Of a stretch of DNA of 64,000 nucleotides, positions 1 to 13,720 are shown piece after piece. How positions within the stretch are numbered: the first letter of the stretch is position 1; each line of letters opens with the position of its first letter. The notes under the pieces were generated by a model. The model searched no databases. It was not told the DNA's origin and saw only the letters and a list, made by a program, of their open reading frames with translations. Both the position numbers and the translations under genes were made by a program. Source of the DNA: Haliotis rufescens. Taxonomy: Eukaryota. The stretch is taken from the NCBI RefSeq assembly GCF_023055435.1, contig NW_025964001.1:4216001-4280000 (forward strand), read 5' to 3'.

Positions 1-1129
1 AAATCCTTTTGGTTTGAACGTTTTGACGAAAAGATCGGTTGTAATAAAAAAGGGTAATTTTCACTTTTCTTTTTAACAATTTGACTTCGAAAAGGCGGCG
101 CATCCGTAAACCAAGAAATAAAAAAAGTGTCGCCTTAACTCTCTTGCCTCGGGAAGATGCACTAAGTGTTACTTGACACCACTGGTCAAATCCACTAGCC
201 CTCAATACTAGACCCCATTGGTCAAATCCTCTAGCTTGCAGTATTGGACACTATTGGTCAAACTAGTCAAACACAGTAAGATAACTATTTTTTTCAAAGA
301 AGACAACTAGTCCCTCTAGATTTTCACTAGTCTTGGACTTACAGGCCTGTTGTTGCATCTATCGCTGGTCCCAGTTTAACAAATGTTACAGGTATCCTAA
401 GGGCTAGTAGAATTTCAGGCATTTTAGGGGGTGTCCTTAGATGTCATCACTATTCCTACTAGTAAGTGTATCAGGTTAGGTTACAGGCTTGGTTTGCATC
501 TAATCCTGTTGTTATGCAGTTTATAACAATTCCAAAAGCCAAAATATTAGGTTTTAGGTACATTTTCGACTCTACACTCTCATGGCCTTCCCCCCATTGT
601 TCATGTACCAGCCACCATTATCCTCTATCATGTTCTGTCCGAGTTGACAGGTACTCACCCAGGCGGACTGTGACACATGGACGAGGAGGGCCTGTCTGAC
701 ATAACCATGATAGCATAACAATTAGGCCTGCCCACTTCAACTCAACCCTGCCCAGCCTGTTCAAGTGGGTCGGTCATGTGCCTTCACCTGGACAGGCAGC
801 CCACTCACACTACACAGAGCATTAGATCACATTTATAATATTATATATTTCGAAAGGGCAAAAATAGGACGCCAGCAGAATTTCAGATGGCTTCAATTTC
901 TAGGACACTGACTCATTGTCATTATAAACTGGCCTAAAGATCTTTTTCAAATTTGATAACAATGAATGTCTTCTTAAACGAGGATAAAATCGGAGAAATG
1001 TCCTAATCGTAGGAATGTCCCAGAAAATGCTTGAAAAAATCATTTGCTTAAGATATTTGAAAAAGAATATATGTCTGCCTAAAAAATAATTTATTGCAAG
1101 ATGATTTCAAAACCAAATAATGAACTTTA

Positions 1130-1285
1130 CAGGGTTAGAAATTGGCACTAGTCCCATTGTCCTTACCAAACTGCCCAATAGTAAAGGTATCCTAAGGACC
1201 GGTAGAATTGTGACATTTTTAAAGGTTTTGCTATATGCTATCATTATAAGGACTAGTGGACTGAAACTGTTAGTTTCTACCGCTG
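1130..1285. mobile_element. MITE with CAG termini and 5-bp TSD (hAT5-like)
   Basis: TIR CAGGGTTAGAAATT/AGTTTCTACCGCTG; TSD CTTTA; near-identical copies at 7870 and 8419. Confidence 0.75.
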
Positions 1286-2516
1286 CTTTATAGTTTTAAT
1301 TAAAAGAATATCTGGTCTTGCAGCTGCAGCTGAAACAATATGGAGTTTCCATACAAAATCCCAGCCATAGACAGTATACAATGATGGTTTAGTAATTTTG
1401 CACTATTATAACAATAAAACTAAATGTAAGTATTCCGCTTAACATACACCAGATGAACTGCATGATAAAGCAGATATATCCTATATATGCGTACAGTATA
1501 CTCAATGTCTGTTCACACAGAAGGAGGGAAGGCTATTATTATCAGGTTTCCTCTTAACGCTGCTCTCAGAATGACTAACCTTCTACAGTGTTTAAGAGGG
1601 GACAGAAAGGTAGTGAAGTAGTGGGTTTAACGATGTAAAGTACAATGTCATGGCAATACAAAGGAAGAGCCAAACTATACGGGAAACAAGAGCAATTAAA
1701 GGCAAGCTGGGATGCCTTCAGCACACAGTGACTAGCTGAGCCTCACAAAATGGTTCACTATAGTTGATGAAATAACATGCTGTATTATCCGATATACATT
1801 GTAGTTTAACATGAGAAAATCTACATGAAGCATGTGCAAAAATGATTTCAAGAGCTTCAAGGCATTGTTGATATAATGCATGTATCATTGTTGAGGTAAT
1901 ACAAGCATTATTGTTGACTTACTAACTGTTTAATACTACAATACATACTACAATACATGTAGTAATGACATCACAGTGCATCACTGTTGACATCACGTTG
2001 ACCCTGTTACCATGGTTACCTCATGGACACAGTTTTCGAAATAGAAGACATTACTTCATCTTCAGCAGCAATTGTGAATTGTGGATGATAAGATAATCAC
2101 ATTTATGAATCCTGATTTTACCAGACAAGTGTCACAAGGTTTGTAAATTATTCTTTCTTGACTTGCTTGGATATGCGGACATTGTTTTGTAAACTAAGTA
2201 CTGCATCTACACTCATGTATTACAGTATATCATGAACTCTATTTATTACCCAAATAGTTAAACATGCCTGAGTTAACAAAAATCCATACAAATAAAAAAA
2301 AAACCCAGCAGGGATCACTTATGAGATGCCACAATATTATCGCATTAGAATCTCACATTGATAAAAATCTTACAAAAAACATATCTCATCTAAATTTAGT
2401 TGTTGTAGACTACTGATCACACCAGTAGGTGCATACTAAACCATAACTTACAACAGTTAACAAAACTAACAGCACTACCTATAAGCAGACTGATAATGAT
2501 ATATGACTCAAAAGAA

Positions 2517-2775
2517 GAGTGAGTGAGTGAGTGAGTTGGGTACAATGCTGCTTTTAAAAGTATTCCTGTCATATCATGTCGTGTCAGCTTGATGTGGGAA
2601 GAAAGCTCAAAGTGATGCAGGTCTTAGATGTTTACCACTTTGGTGAAACCCACAAGCACAGGTATGGTGCTGACAAACCTAGAAACATAATCGGAACAAA
2701 CCGGGATTCGAACGGTTTTTCATATGACTAAATTCAGTCTGCCATGGCTTGTGGGTACAGCAGCACGGCCTTCCA
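2517..2775 (-). mobile_element. tRNA-derived SINE (family C, long form)
   Basis: Reverse complement aligns with 17591-17856; (ACTC)n tail; B-box GTTCGAATCC. Confidence 0.65.
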
Positions 2776-4152
2776 ATTATGGGTGTTTTTTAAATTGTTT
2801 TGAGTAGCATAAGTATTATAAACAATTCCTACATTCCCCTGGATTGTGCAGAGCTCGCATATTTGGAAGTATGTGATACCATATAACAACTTTACATTCA
2901 GAGATATTTTCAAAAGGATTTTATCTCATACTCTAAATTAGTCTGGTTTGGTTTTCCCTAGACCTCGGTACTGTCACAGTGTGGTGTCTACGGTCTACAG
3001 CATGTATAGTTTCAGATTAAGGAAGAATTGTCAATCTTTCATACATCTACAAGAGAAAATATAACAAGATTTTTTTTAAAGGCTGTGATCCTGATAAAAT
3101 TTATTTGCGATTGCAGAGACAATAAAATAATTTTATTATATGGACTTTGACAATTGTGAAAAGGTATACGTGATGGTGATTGCCTTGCTGGTATATTTAC
3201 TGGCAGCAGTGAAAGGGAAAGTTGTCAACTCAATTTGTTGTCTTTAAGATTTATATCATGTTTTTGTCACAAAGTTGCAGAAAAAAAAAAAATCTTATTA
3301 TAATCATGTAAATATTTGTAGAAATCACATTATCCTGATAAAAAAAATCTCATTCCTTCTGGTACATAGCAGATTTTCTCCCATACAGACTATTTCCAGG
3401 TAAATAATCTCTTCATTTCTAAAGCCTTCCTAAATGACACCACAGTGTTCCAGACCAAACACTGGACAAAAGGCAGCAATTTCCTCTTTACCATTGTTGG
3501 CAATGTTAACAGCTTCCGACAGCTTTTCGCATTTCCACTTTCTGCAAATTACTTCACAGGTCATCATTGAGAGGAAGAGAGGGTAGAATTACATGGAAAT
3601 GAAAAGACTAAATAACCTGTCCTGACCCTAAAACAGGTCCCGGTAAACCACTTTGCCAAGACCAGGCCTATTAATATTCCAGCGTCACATCAAGCTGTAG
3701 TCCTCCCTCAAAGGATAAACACATAATGAACCTCCAACTACAGGCAAGACTCCACATGTCCCAACGTCACCTCACAGTCCCACAGTCCTCTCAGGCTGGG
3801 ATCATGTTACACTCCTTCCACACATCTAATAAGATAGCTCAAATGCTGTAAAATTAGGTGTATATTGAAATAGGGGTATTACCAGCAACAATGCATGACT
3901 CACTCTCTGAGGAATGCCTTGTGTTGTTTTGGAGTAAACACCATAAAAAGAAGCCTATCATTATGAACTTGTTGATCTCGGAGCGGTTTATTGACATTTC
4001 AGTTTCCATAATTATATTAACCTTTTATTATAACGCATAAAATAACGATGGACAAAAAACTGCCTGTATCATGCCATAGCAGGAATCAACTTGGATGGCA
4101 GCTGGAAGGAATTATTACAACTTTCCAAATATAGATGACAACGTGACATGTC

Positions 4153-4390
4153 ACCCGTGAAGGTCCGGGGCAGCATAGGTCTTCAGCAACCCATGCTGGT
4201 CGTAAGCGGCAACTGATGGGATTGGGTGGTCAGGCTCGCTGACTTGGTTGATTCATGTCATCGTATCCTAATTGTGTGGATTGATGCTCATGATGTCAAT
4301 AATTGAACTCTCTGGTCCAGACTCGATTATTTACAGACAACCATTATAGCTGGAATATTGCTGAGTGCAGTGTTAAACAACAAACAAAAA
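4153..4390 (+). mobile_element. Nin-domain SINE, headless
   Basis: Nin-type core, (CAAA)n tail, TSD GTGACATGT/GTGACACGT. Confidence 0.8.
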
Positions 4391-6365
4391 GTGACACGTA
4401 ATTTCATAATGTAACAGTCAGTTAAGGTCAATAATGACATTTTACAATATGGCTGACAATGCAGCCATGTCTAAAATAGGATCAGAATGATCTAAGCAGC
4501 ACATGAGACCCATTCAGACATTTAGATTCTTCAGCCTCATGGTTTCAGAGATGTCCAAATGTAAAAGGTTTACGACAGATGGATGGATGACAAACTTCAG
4601 CTTCAGTTCAGATGATTAAAGATGACACTAAAAGTCTAGTTTGTTACCTGTAAAGTATTTGCAGAAGGAATCAGTTTGGCGTGTGATGTATGTACAAAGT
4701 ATTGTAATTATTAGTGAACAGCTTATTGAATGCAGTTCCTTATGAGTCCAACCATGGAAACAAAACAAAATAAAATCTTAAGACAATTCTGTAGAGCAAA
4801 AGGCACTTTCAACCCTGGCTCATTGTAATCTATGGTACCAGAAATATTTGAATAAATGCGGGTTCAACTGACACAATGATGAGACAGGTCGAGACATTTG
4901 AAATACAAAATATACAGCTGTACAATATTTCAAGAATGCAAAGCATCATTATCATGATTATTTCTTCAGTGGTCACTGAAGCATACGTGTATAAGTTTGC
5001 AAAATTTGTCTGTTTGGAAAAATGCCTCCCTCACATTATTGTGGCGGAATGTCTCATATAAATGCTGGAATTCAGGGTGTCTTTAAAAATATACTTGATG
5101 TTTGTCATAAATGGATTCTGTATGTATACAATATATTTCACGTTAAACTGAAAGACAAAAACATACCTTGAACAAATTGACAATGCATGTATTTCCCATT
5201 CAATTACAGTAACCACAAGTCCCATCGTACAAAATCATCATTCGCAAAGACTCTAGTCGGGGACCAGCTAATAAGTACAGAAGGAATAATCCCAGAAACT
5301 TGTAAACAAGTCACATGCATACCGTGATTCCTCTTATGATGATGCGATAAGTCTTAATAAGTCTCGTAATAAGTCTTGTTTCAGTTAATCAATTTCTTCA
5401 ATCTATGATTGGCTTCAATTTCCAACCAAGGAATCAATCATACAATCTGATTATCCAAGATTAATTATTTTCCAATTCCATCTAGTCTAGTCTAAGTTTG
5501 CTATGACATTATTTGTTATTTATATGAAATATACAAGAGGAAGAGTGATCTTAACTGTAAACACACTAAATTCATGATTGTTCTTCACTCGTTGTTATCA
5601 AATATTAATGGATTATCAAGTATGACAACTGCATTTTCAAACAAATCACAATCTGGAATTATTTAAGTTCACAACAACATAATTTCCAGACCCGGGAGCA
5701 GTTCAACTGACAGATGAGCACAACCCTGCCTGAAGCAGTACACACATCGACATAACAAAAATATCTTAACAGTTAATCACACAAAGGTTATCTGTTTCAT
5801 CATATCCTAAATTCAGCTAACGATTACAACTGGGAATGATCGTCTCTAGACCATGTAGACATCAGTCCATTTTTATCCAGAACTTTAAAGTCAGATTCAT
5901 CCAATACAAAAGAATCCCAATAGTCTGGAAAACCCACTTTCAGGAATAAAATACCAAGAAATGATAAAAAGAATATTACTAACTACCCACTGTGCACATA
6001 ATTCGTTAATCTGTTTTACTGTCCTCGAAATGGCACCTTCTACAGGGGGTTCAGTAGCGTCTACTCTATAGTGTATACTAAGGATGGCTATCAATATAGA
6101 TCACAGAGATCGCTAACTTAATATCGATCAATTATTGAAAAATATCGGAGAAGGAACTTTAAGCCCAAAATGCAAAAAAGTCCCGAAAGAAAACATATTT
6201 CACGCCACTGGGGAGCAGTGACACATTTATGCATGGATTACTTTGTGGACATTTGTGATATACAGTGTAACAAAAACAGTTGCTTTCCATCTTTGACAAT
6301 TGACATTATTGACAATGATAAGTCTTTTTCGGTAAATCTAATCTTTGTTTACCACAATAGTTTAT

Positions 6366-6628
6366 GTTTTTTGGTTTGTTGTTTTACACCGCACTCAGCA
6401 ATATTCCAGCTATATGACGGCGGTCTGTAAATAATCGAGTCTGGACCAGACAATCCAGTGATTAACATTATGAACATCGATCCACGCAATTGGGATCGAT
6501 GACATACATCAACCAAGTCAGCGAGCCTGACTACCCGTTCCAGTTAGTTGCCTTTTACGACAAGCAGTCGTCTTTCACAGCAAGCATGGGTTGCTGAAGA
6601 TCTATTCTACCCCAGATCTTCACAGGTC
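6366..6628 (-). mobile_element. Nin-domain SINE, headless
   Basis: Same family in reverse; TSD CAATAGTTTA. Confidence 0.8.
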
Positions 6629-6766
6629 CAATAGTTTAATAGTTTATGTGAGTTATTATCGATGACAACAGTATCATATCAATAATTGTTAATATTTCTT
6701 TCCATTCTTTCAATTCCGATTATCAATCTTTTTAGCCAGCTCAAGTGTATACATAATGTGACAAGA

Positions 6767-7245
6767 CAGGGATTTATCTAGGATTTCAAACTAAGTGCCC
6801 TTGGCAGGTAAAGTGAGGAATAATGTACTGTTTTGTTCAAAATTGTGATTTCTTTTTTAATTCTTATTTTCTGAACATGTTGAAATCAGAGCCTTTTAAC
6901 ACTGAATTCAGAGGCGGACCTAAAACTGAAAAAGGAGGTGCACATAATACCGAAGTTACAACGTGACTTGAATGAGGCTGCAAATGACATGCAAGTTGAA
7001 GAAGGGGGGTGCGCACCCCCGCCAGTGACATTCAATACATGAAAAATGATGTGAAACTAAGTAAAACACCATATACCGTCACTGGTCTTGTTATCAGATG
7101 AAGAAAGTCGCCTCTACAAAGACTTAACATTAGTTGAACATGATGAGCTGAGAAATATTTTAACATCAATTTGGGAATGTTTACTGACATTTGTTGCAGA
7201 CGTAAGGACAAATATGGGCCTCGTAGCAGTCTAGATACATCCCTG
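6767..7245. mobile_element. Non-autonomous DNA transposon with CAG termini
   Basis: TIR CAGGGATTTATCTAG/CTAGATACATCCCTG; flanks CAAGA/CATGA. Confidence 0.55.
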
Positions 7246-7869
7246 CATGAGTGATTTTGCTTTGAACAATTTATACAGGGACATATATTTAGTTACACTA
7301 TAACAGAAATAATGACAAATAGTGCGAGAAATAAGCACTGCACCTCTGCTATTGGTATAGAAACTGTACCCCCATTTGGAAAAGAATCCATGAAGTAGTT
7401 TTTAAGATATATGTCGCATAAATGTTGAAATAAAAAAAATAACAGAAACAATTACAAACAGTGGTAGAAATAACCACTAACCATGCTAACCACACATTTA
7501 ATCTAATTTTAACACTATCCTAAGGGATAGGGAAAGATTTGGAAGTGATCATTTCCTCTCACTACAAGCTAATCAATATGACCTTACAGTATATCTGTTT
7601 ATCATCGTGCATCTACAATGATGCCGCACAGTGATAGAGTTAATGAAGCTTCCTACAGAGATAAATACTAACAAGCAACAATGGTCATGTTGATATCAGT
7701 GGCTCCTGTCTCCGGACCAGGCCCAGCTCCACATGACGTAACCGCTACACACAGATAGGAAGGAGGCTATTACACTGCAATACTGTATACACTGATTATC
7801 TGTCATTGTGCTTTCATGTTGTAAGAGAATTGGACTATAACAGAGTTAAAATATACTCAGCGTCATTAT

Positions 7870-8035
7870 CAGCGTTAGAAATTGGCACTAGTCCTGTAGT
7901 CCTTGCCAAACTGCCCAATAGTTAAGGTGTCATAAGGACTAGTAGAAATTTGCCATTTTTAAGGGTTTTGCTATATGTTATCATTATACATGTTATAAGG
8001 ACTAGTGGACTAAAACTGTAGAGTTTCTACAGCTG
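7870..8035. mobile_element. Same MITE family
   Basis: CAGCGTTAGAAATT...AGTTTCTACAGCTG; TSD ATTAT on both sides. Confidence 0.78.
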
Positions 8036-8418
8036 ATTATTGAGGGTCACCTAGGTTTGTAGGGTGTCAAACATGAACATATGCAATAAGCGTCAATAGG
8101 TCTGAATATGTTGACAGTGTGATTAACATGATCAACAGTTGAAGAACGTGTTGATTATGGCTTTGTCACACTGATTGGATGCCTTTATGAAACTGGAAAA
8201 AAGGACAATGAAAAGGTGAAAGTGATGGAAAAAGTAACACAAAACCCACGCCTGAGCGCAACCAGTGCATGACAAGTAACCATGGTAACAGTCAATGTGG
8301 GTATAAAATGGTTCAATCCAGATGCAACTGAACTGAATTCTTGAAAGTTAAAAATGCAATGTTTTTTTAATACTTTTATCTCTTTCTTTTTTTTAGGAAG
8401 ACCCCTCAATAATAAAGG

Positions 8419-8564
8419 TAGCGTTAGAAATTGGCACTAGTCCTGTAGTCCTTGCCAAAGTGCCCAATAGTTAAGGTATCATAAGAACTAGTAGAAATTT
8501 TAAGTCTTGCCATATGTTATCATTATAAGGACTAGTGAACTAAAAATGTTAGTTTCTACCGCTG
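8419..8564. mobile_element. Same MITE family
   Basis: Aligns end to end with the 7870 copy; TSD not clear. Confidence 0.7.
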
Positions 8565-8956
8565 AGTAAAGCATTACTGTTATGTTGCTCTGATTTCCCA
8601 TTTGAACGTCCTACAGATGTTACAGTGAGACATGCATCTAGCCCAAGTCTGACATAACACGCACACCATCACATTGTCATACACATGTACATACATCTAA
8701 ACCTGGAAACAAAGGCCTAAGTGCCATAGTACCTGTCATTATAGGCCTCAGGCAAGGCCTTTCTTCTCTCACCACAAAGGTCACCATGACTCTTCCACCC
8801 ACATGGGGCACCTTATTCAGGTTCATAGCAGAACACTTATTCTGCTACATCGTAACATTGAATTGTTCTTCTTATCAAAAGGCTTCACCTCGTATTTCTT
8901 TACTAAAAATTGTTAACTACATATTAGAATTTGTAAGCACCTTCCCCAATCAGGTA

Positions 8957-9137
8957 TGTTTGTTTGTTGTTTAATGCCTCACTCAGTAATATTCCAGGTA
9001 TAAAACAGTTTGTAAATAAGTCTAGACCAGACAATCCAGTGATTGACATATTGACATCTTGAGCACTGATCTACGCAATTGGCATACAACAAGCTTGGGT
9101 TGGAAAAGACAAATTGTAACCCGAATCTTCACAGGGG
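8957..9137 (-). mobile_element. Nin-domain SINE, internally deleted
   Basis: Both family ends present, middle missing. Confidence 0.65.
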
Positions 9138-9171
9138 CCCCAGTCCAGTTTGAATGTCATTCATATCAGTG

Positions 9172-10300
9172 CAGGGGTCCGGAAACCGTCATATGCGCCG
9201 GACATGTCCGATTGGGAATCTCAAATGTCCGTTTTAAAATATTGCTTACCGGACATTTTAAAAAGTATTGTCCGGACATTCTTAAATTTTGACCGGACAT
9301 GATCAACAGTTAGGACTGAGCAGTTTCTGTCTGAAGTTGCAACACAAAGAAGATTAACTACACTGACAAGCTTTGTTTGTTTTGATTGCTGTAAATACCG
9401 TACATCGTACCTACATGATAGTCCAATCGGTCAATCACTGTAATAGGCAATAAACTGAGTTGACACTGATTAATCGAGGATTAATTACTGAGAACATCTT
9501 GTAAATTTGAGTGAAAGGTGTTTACAACTGTACATTAATACCTTGCATCATCGATGTACCTCATTATCCTCACAATGCTACGATACGTAACCTCAGACAA
9601 GAAGCGAAAGCGTGATGACAGCCAGTCGACCGATGCAGATCAGTCGAGCGGATCTGCCAAACCCTCAAAGTCTGGACGATCATTTTGTAAGTCGTGGCTA
9701 ACGACTTTCACTTGGTTGACATACAATGAGCATTTGCAGATTTTATTGTTTTCAGTAGCTAGTCGTATATTGAATCTTGATTGACCGCCATTTTGCTTTC
9801 TCGGACGATCGATATCCAATTTTTTTATGGTCAATAAATAAGTACAGATGAAAAAAGTATTCAAATAACTATTGCTATCAACGATATTTTAGTATTTGTG
9901 ATTAAATTATCTGTCTTGTTTTTAAAAAAATCTTTAGTTTAAAAAAAACATTTCCCGTGAGGTCACGTGATAACCAAATATGGGATAATAGTCTCGATCC
10001 AAATGTTACAACGCGTACACTTGAGCAGACTCATGAATATAACTCATGAATATTAACTAGACCGTTCACTACGTTAACAGATCGTTATTATAACAGAAAC
10101 ATGTAAATCTAAAATGATATTATTTGTTATTAATTGTCCGGTGAATTAAACAATTTAAATTGAAACAATTCATAATTCATCATATTATGAATACGTAAAC
10201 TTGTAATGTGTGTGAAAAGTCGTACTAAAATACGCTATTTGAAGGGGGCGTGGCCTAAATGCAAATGTCCGATTGGGATTTTAAATTTTCCGGACCCCTG
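9172..10300 (+). mobile_element. Non-autonomous hAT transposon with transposase 5' remnant
   Basis: Perfect TIR CAGGGGTCCGGAAA/TTTCCGGACCCCTG, exact 8-bp TSD TATCAGTG, subterminal CCGGACAT repeats; ORF 9554-9784 has KKRKR and RSFCKSWLTTFTWLTY (start of a TTF-type zinc-finger region). Confidence 0.9.
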
Positions 10301-10562
10301 TATCAGTGATATCACGATCTTATTTTTCCAATGTAACATATTAGAGAAATACACAAGTTAATATAACTTAATGTATAATAATTATTAAAATTATTGGATA
10401 AGTTGGAATAATATTTCTGTCATTGACAACTGATATAAATACAAAATAATTCTGTTTGAGGGTTGGCTAAAGGAAACTTTTGCAAACTTAAATGAAAGAA
10501 ACTACCAAATGATACCTTAAAAGGTAGTTCATACTAGTAATGGCAGCAAATTATTAACTCAC

Positions 10563-10736
10563 ATCCACAAGGTCAATCCTCTGTGCAATGCTGTCCAGGC
10601 ATTCCTGGCCTGTGCTATCAGATGACAACGTACATTCCAAGAACGAACTATCCAACAGGTACACACCAACTATGAATGAATTCTTCGATGATATGTCATA
10701 ACGACGAGTCCTTTTCGGTCTCCACTTGAATGGCAT
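10563..10736 (-). CDS. PTPN14: First coding exon of FERM-domain tyrosine phosphatase PTPN14/PTPN21 (Pez); no further exons identified, rest presumably left of the window
   Basis: MPFKWRPKRTRRYDISSKNSFIVGVYLLDSSFLECTLSSDSTGQECLDSIAQRIDLVD closely resembles the PTPN14/21 N-terminus. Ends at a GTGAGT donor (10562-10557); upstream acceptor TTTCAG puts the exon start at 10777. Probably co-orthologous to PTPN14 and PTPN21. Confidence 0.88.
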
Positions 10737-12769
10737 CTTAAATATCCAAAATGTCACTGTTCTTCTTAAAAACGGTTCTGAAATAAATGGACATATCCTT
10801 GAGTATTTTGTAAAGTATATTAAATGGGTGTGTAGGGTTGAGTCAGAAGGTAATCATTTCTAGCTATGACTTAAAGAACTCATACAGGAATATAAATTTA
10901 TGGCAGATCAATCATTAATTGACAACATATAGATCTATATGTGACATCTAACCCTCCTAAAGTAACGCTATCATGTATTAATAGTTCTCAGATAAGTTAA
11001 ACAACTCATCGTCTTTCAATGAACACACCTATACAGAGTATATCCCCATATAACAAACATCAATTATTGATTTAAGCTTACTAATAAATAGATAGACCCT
11101 ACTGTTATTGAAATGACATAGCAATGTGATGTGAACATAAGAAACGTGATGGTGTCACAAGACATCCAGGGTAATGAGATGGGTACTAACTTCAAGATAA
11201 AACATAACGCGGTGTTCCGGAAGCAAGTGGGCACCGCTAATCCTTTACAACACTGTCACTGATGTTCTTCACTTCAGATGAAACCTTTGCTGACAAATGA
11301 CTTTGGTGATGTTACTTTTACAATTGTGTATTTCCAAACAGAGGAGCAAGCGGCTTTTCTATCTTCCCACGATGATCTAAATACGTGGGAAAGACCGCCC
11401 GCACGGTTGTGACTGCATGTGTCATCACAAACCGTGATGTCTCATAACGAGGATTGAAGGTCCATGTTTTGTTGTCAACCCAAGTCAGAAAAGTGGTTTG
11501 ACATCACATTTCCCGCACAACTATTTCTATCTAAGGAACAGGTGCGCGCCCCAGCTGTACCTCTCATGGGGCGAACAATGACTCCGCAAGATTGCGTATA
11601 ATACACGAATGTGATTTAGACAAAGTGATTGATCAACGATGGCAATCAAAATTCCATTTTTTGTTTGTTTTTAAAATACCTTATGTTGTTGTATTGTTTT
11701 ATAAATTACAATCCTCTTCTTGGGGACTAGTCATTTGTATTTCCCAATAGGGGATGTGCCTAGCAGTAATCAGGTTACCAACATTTTTCACAGAGAATTT
11801 ATGAAGTCAGGAAGTGGGATAAAATCGAAACACACATTTTGGTTGAGAGACCGTCATGTTTCTGTTACAGTTCTAATCATGGTTCTTGATATAATTTTAG
11901 GGTCATGGTAAAATTGTGGTCATACAAAATGGTCATACATTTGAAAAATATATCTGCTATTATTTTCCTTTATTCTGCTAAATACATGAAACAGTGTCTT
12001 GTTACATATTATCTCTCTTAGTTATGTCCCGTATTTCTACAACCAGAGACCGAATGACACACTCCGCTTTTCAGAATATTAACTATCTCTATAGTAGTTT
12101 TTCTGTTATTCTGATATCGGTGTGTGACTGGAAGAAGGGTGTGCGAAAGAACAGAAGGACGGACAGTTAGACAACGCCCTAAAGTCCCGCTCCCGATTCG
12201 TAGCGGGGGAAATATTATAACCATTTAATCTGACCAGCCAGGAAGAAAACTTTCAAATACGTATGTCATTTGGAATTCAAAACTTTTAAATTGTGTTTGT
12301 AACTAAATGATGAGCATAATGCAATATACATAACTATATATTCTGTTCTTAATTATTTCATTTCTGAACCAATTCTTACCAGATTTTGGTTTGGGATTTT
12401 TATTATTGTATCAAACTCTCATTAGATGTTTAGAAAACTAAAGGTATTTTTTTCCATTCTTGTAGTGAGTGATTATGGTTTTCAGCCGCGTTTAGCAATA
12501 TCCGAAATGGACTTCACAGACTATTCTTAGAACCAGGTCATACAGTAGATCGGTTGCTTTACGTTTATTCTTCTGACTATGACGATTTGTAACACAAAAT
12601 AAAGACATCGTATTTTCATAATTGCACCAAGAAACAACTGAGTCTATAAATATTGCTCCTGCTTCGTTCCAGTTAAATGTTTTTGGTCACAATAATGTTT
12701 CTAATAAACACAGAGAAATATTCTGAAAGGTTTTTATGAATATTTGATTAATGTTATATTTGGCCAAGA

Positions 12770-12847
12770 AATATATTCTAATCTTCCCGAGGCAAAACTA
12801 GACTTTCATAGTCAGTAAACTCCCTTGCCTCGGGAAGATGATATATT
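12770..12847. mobile_element. Short palindromic MITE remnant
   Basis: ATCTTCCCGAGGCAA...TTGCCTCGGGAAGAT; the same terminus occurs at about 144-158. Confidence 0.5.
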
Positions 12848-13639
12848 CTATAATGATACATGGGTCTACATACGTGCGATTTTCTTCCTACAGTTTCCTT
12901 CAGAATTTCAACTTTGAGAATGATAACGAATATCATTGTAACCAATAAAAAATATTTGTTATGAAAAACACTTTCATATGTTTTACCAACAATCATAACT
13001 CTCTCCCTTTTTTGTACTTGGCGTCTCATGTCCTAAAAAATATTTAACATACACAACAACTGTTCAATATTCATTTTTGAAATCATTGTTTTGTTGGTTT
13101 TTTTAATTATTATTTCCTTTCATTTTAAAATACTGATTCGGATAGCCATATTTAATGAGACAATATACAAATATATGGTCTCTGGTTTAATTTGTGTATT
13201 ATTGCTTCGGTTACCACGAGAAAATGCAGTACTCTAAGAATTCGTATCTAGCGATATTGAAACATCGTAATAAGAAAGAAATTATCATACTAAACAAAAA
13301 GGAATTGGCGATGCATTGATGCAAATGCAACACACACCCTTCCCCGTTGTATACCACCGCCTCGCCTACATGACAACGTACACTTTCGACAGACAACTAA
13401 ATGTGAACACAAATATACAATAAGTTGTAAGGAATATAGATTTCGTATTTGACAGTGACGTAAATGGGTTAGGCATTTCAGATATTTGACCAGTGTCGCA
13501 TCAAATAAAGTTGATAAACGTCAAAACGAAATGTTTTGACAACCCCCAATGAGGTGACTAGTCTCATTATGGTACTTAGATCTTAGAGATCAAGTATAAC
13601 ACTAATCTACGTAGAATCGAAGTCGTAAATTAGCTTCAA

Positions 13640-13720
13640 GCGCATGCGCAATGGAGATGGCGGTTTAGGGTGCGAAATTCGAAAGCCCAGTGTATTCAAG
13701 AAAATAAGGGTTAATCCGGC
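13640..13720 (+). promoter_or_regulatory. CENPF promoter and non-coding first exon
   Basis: NRF1 palindrome GCGCATGCGC 13640-13649, YY1-like AGATGGCGG 13655-13663, CHR-like TTCGAA 13678-13683, donor GTAAGT at 13721. Confidence 0.6.

Noticed and set aside
640-700. Possible minus-strand PTPN14 exon ending at GTGAGT near 657
   Set aside because: No FERM-like translation and no convincing acceptor.
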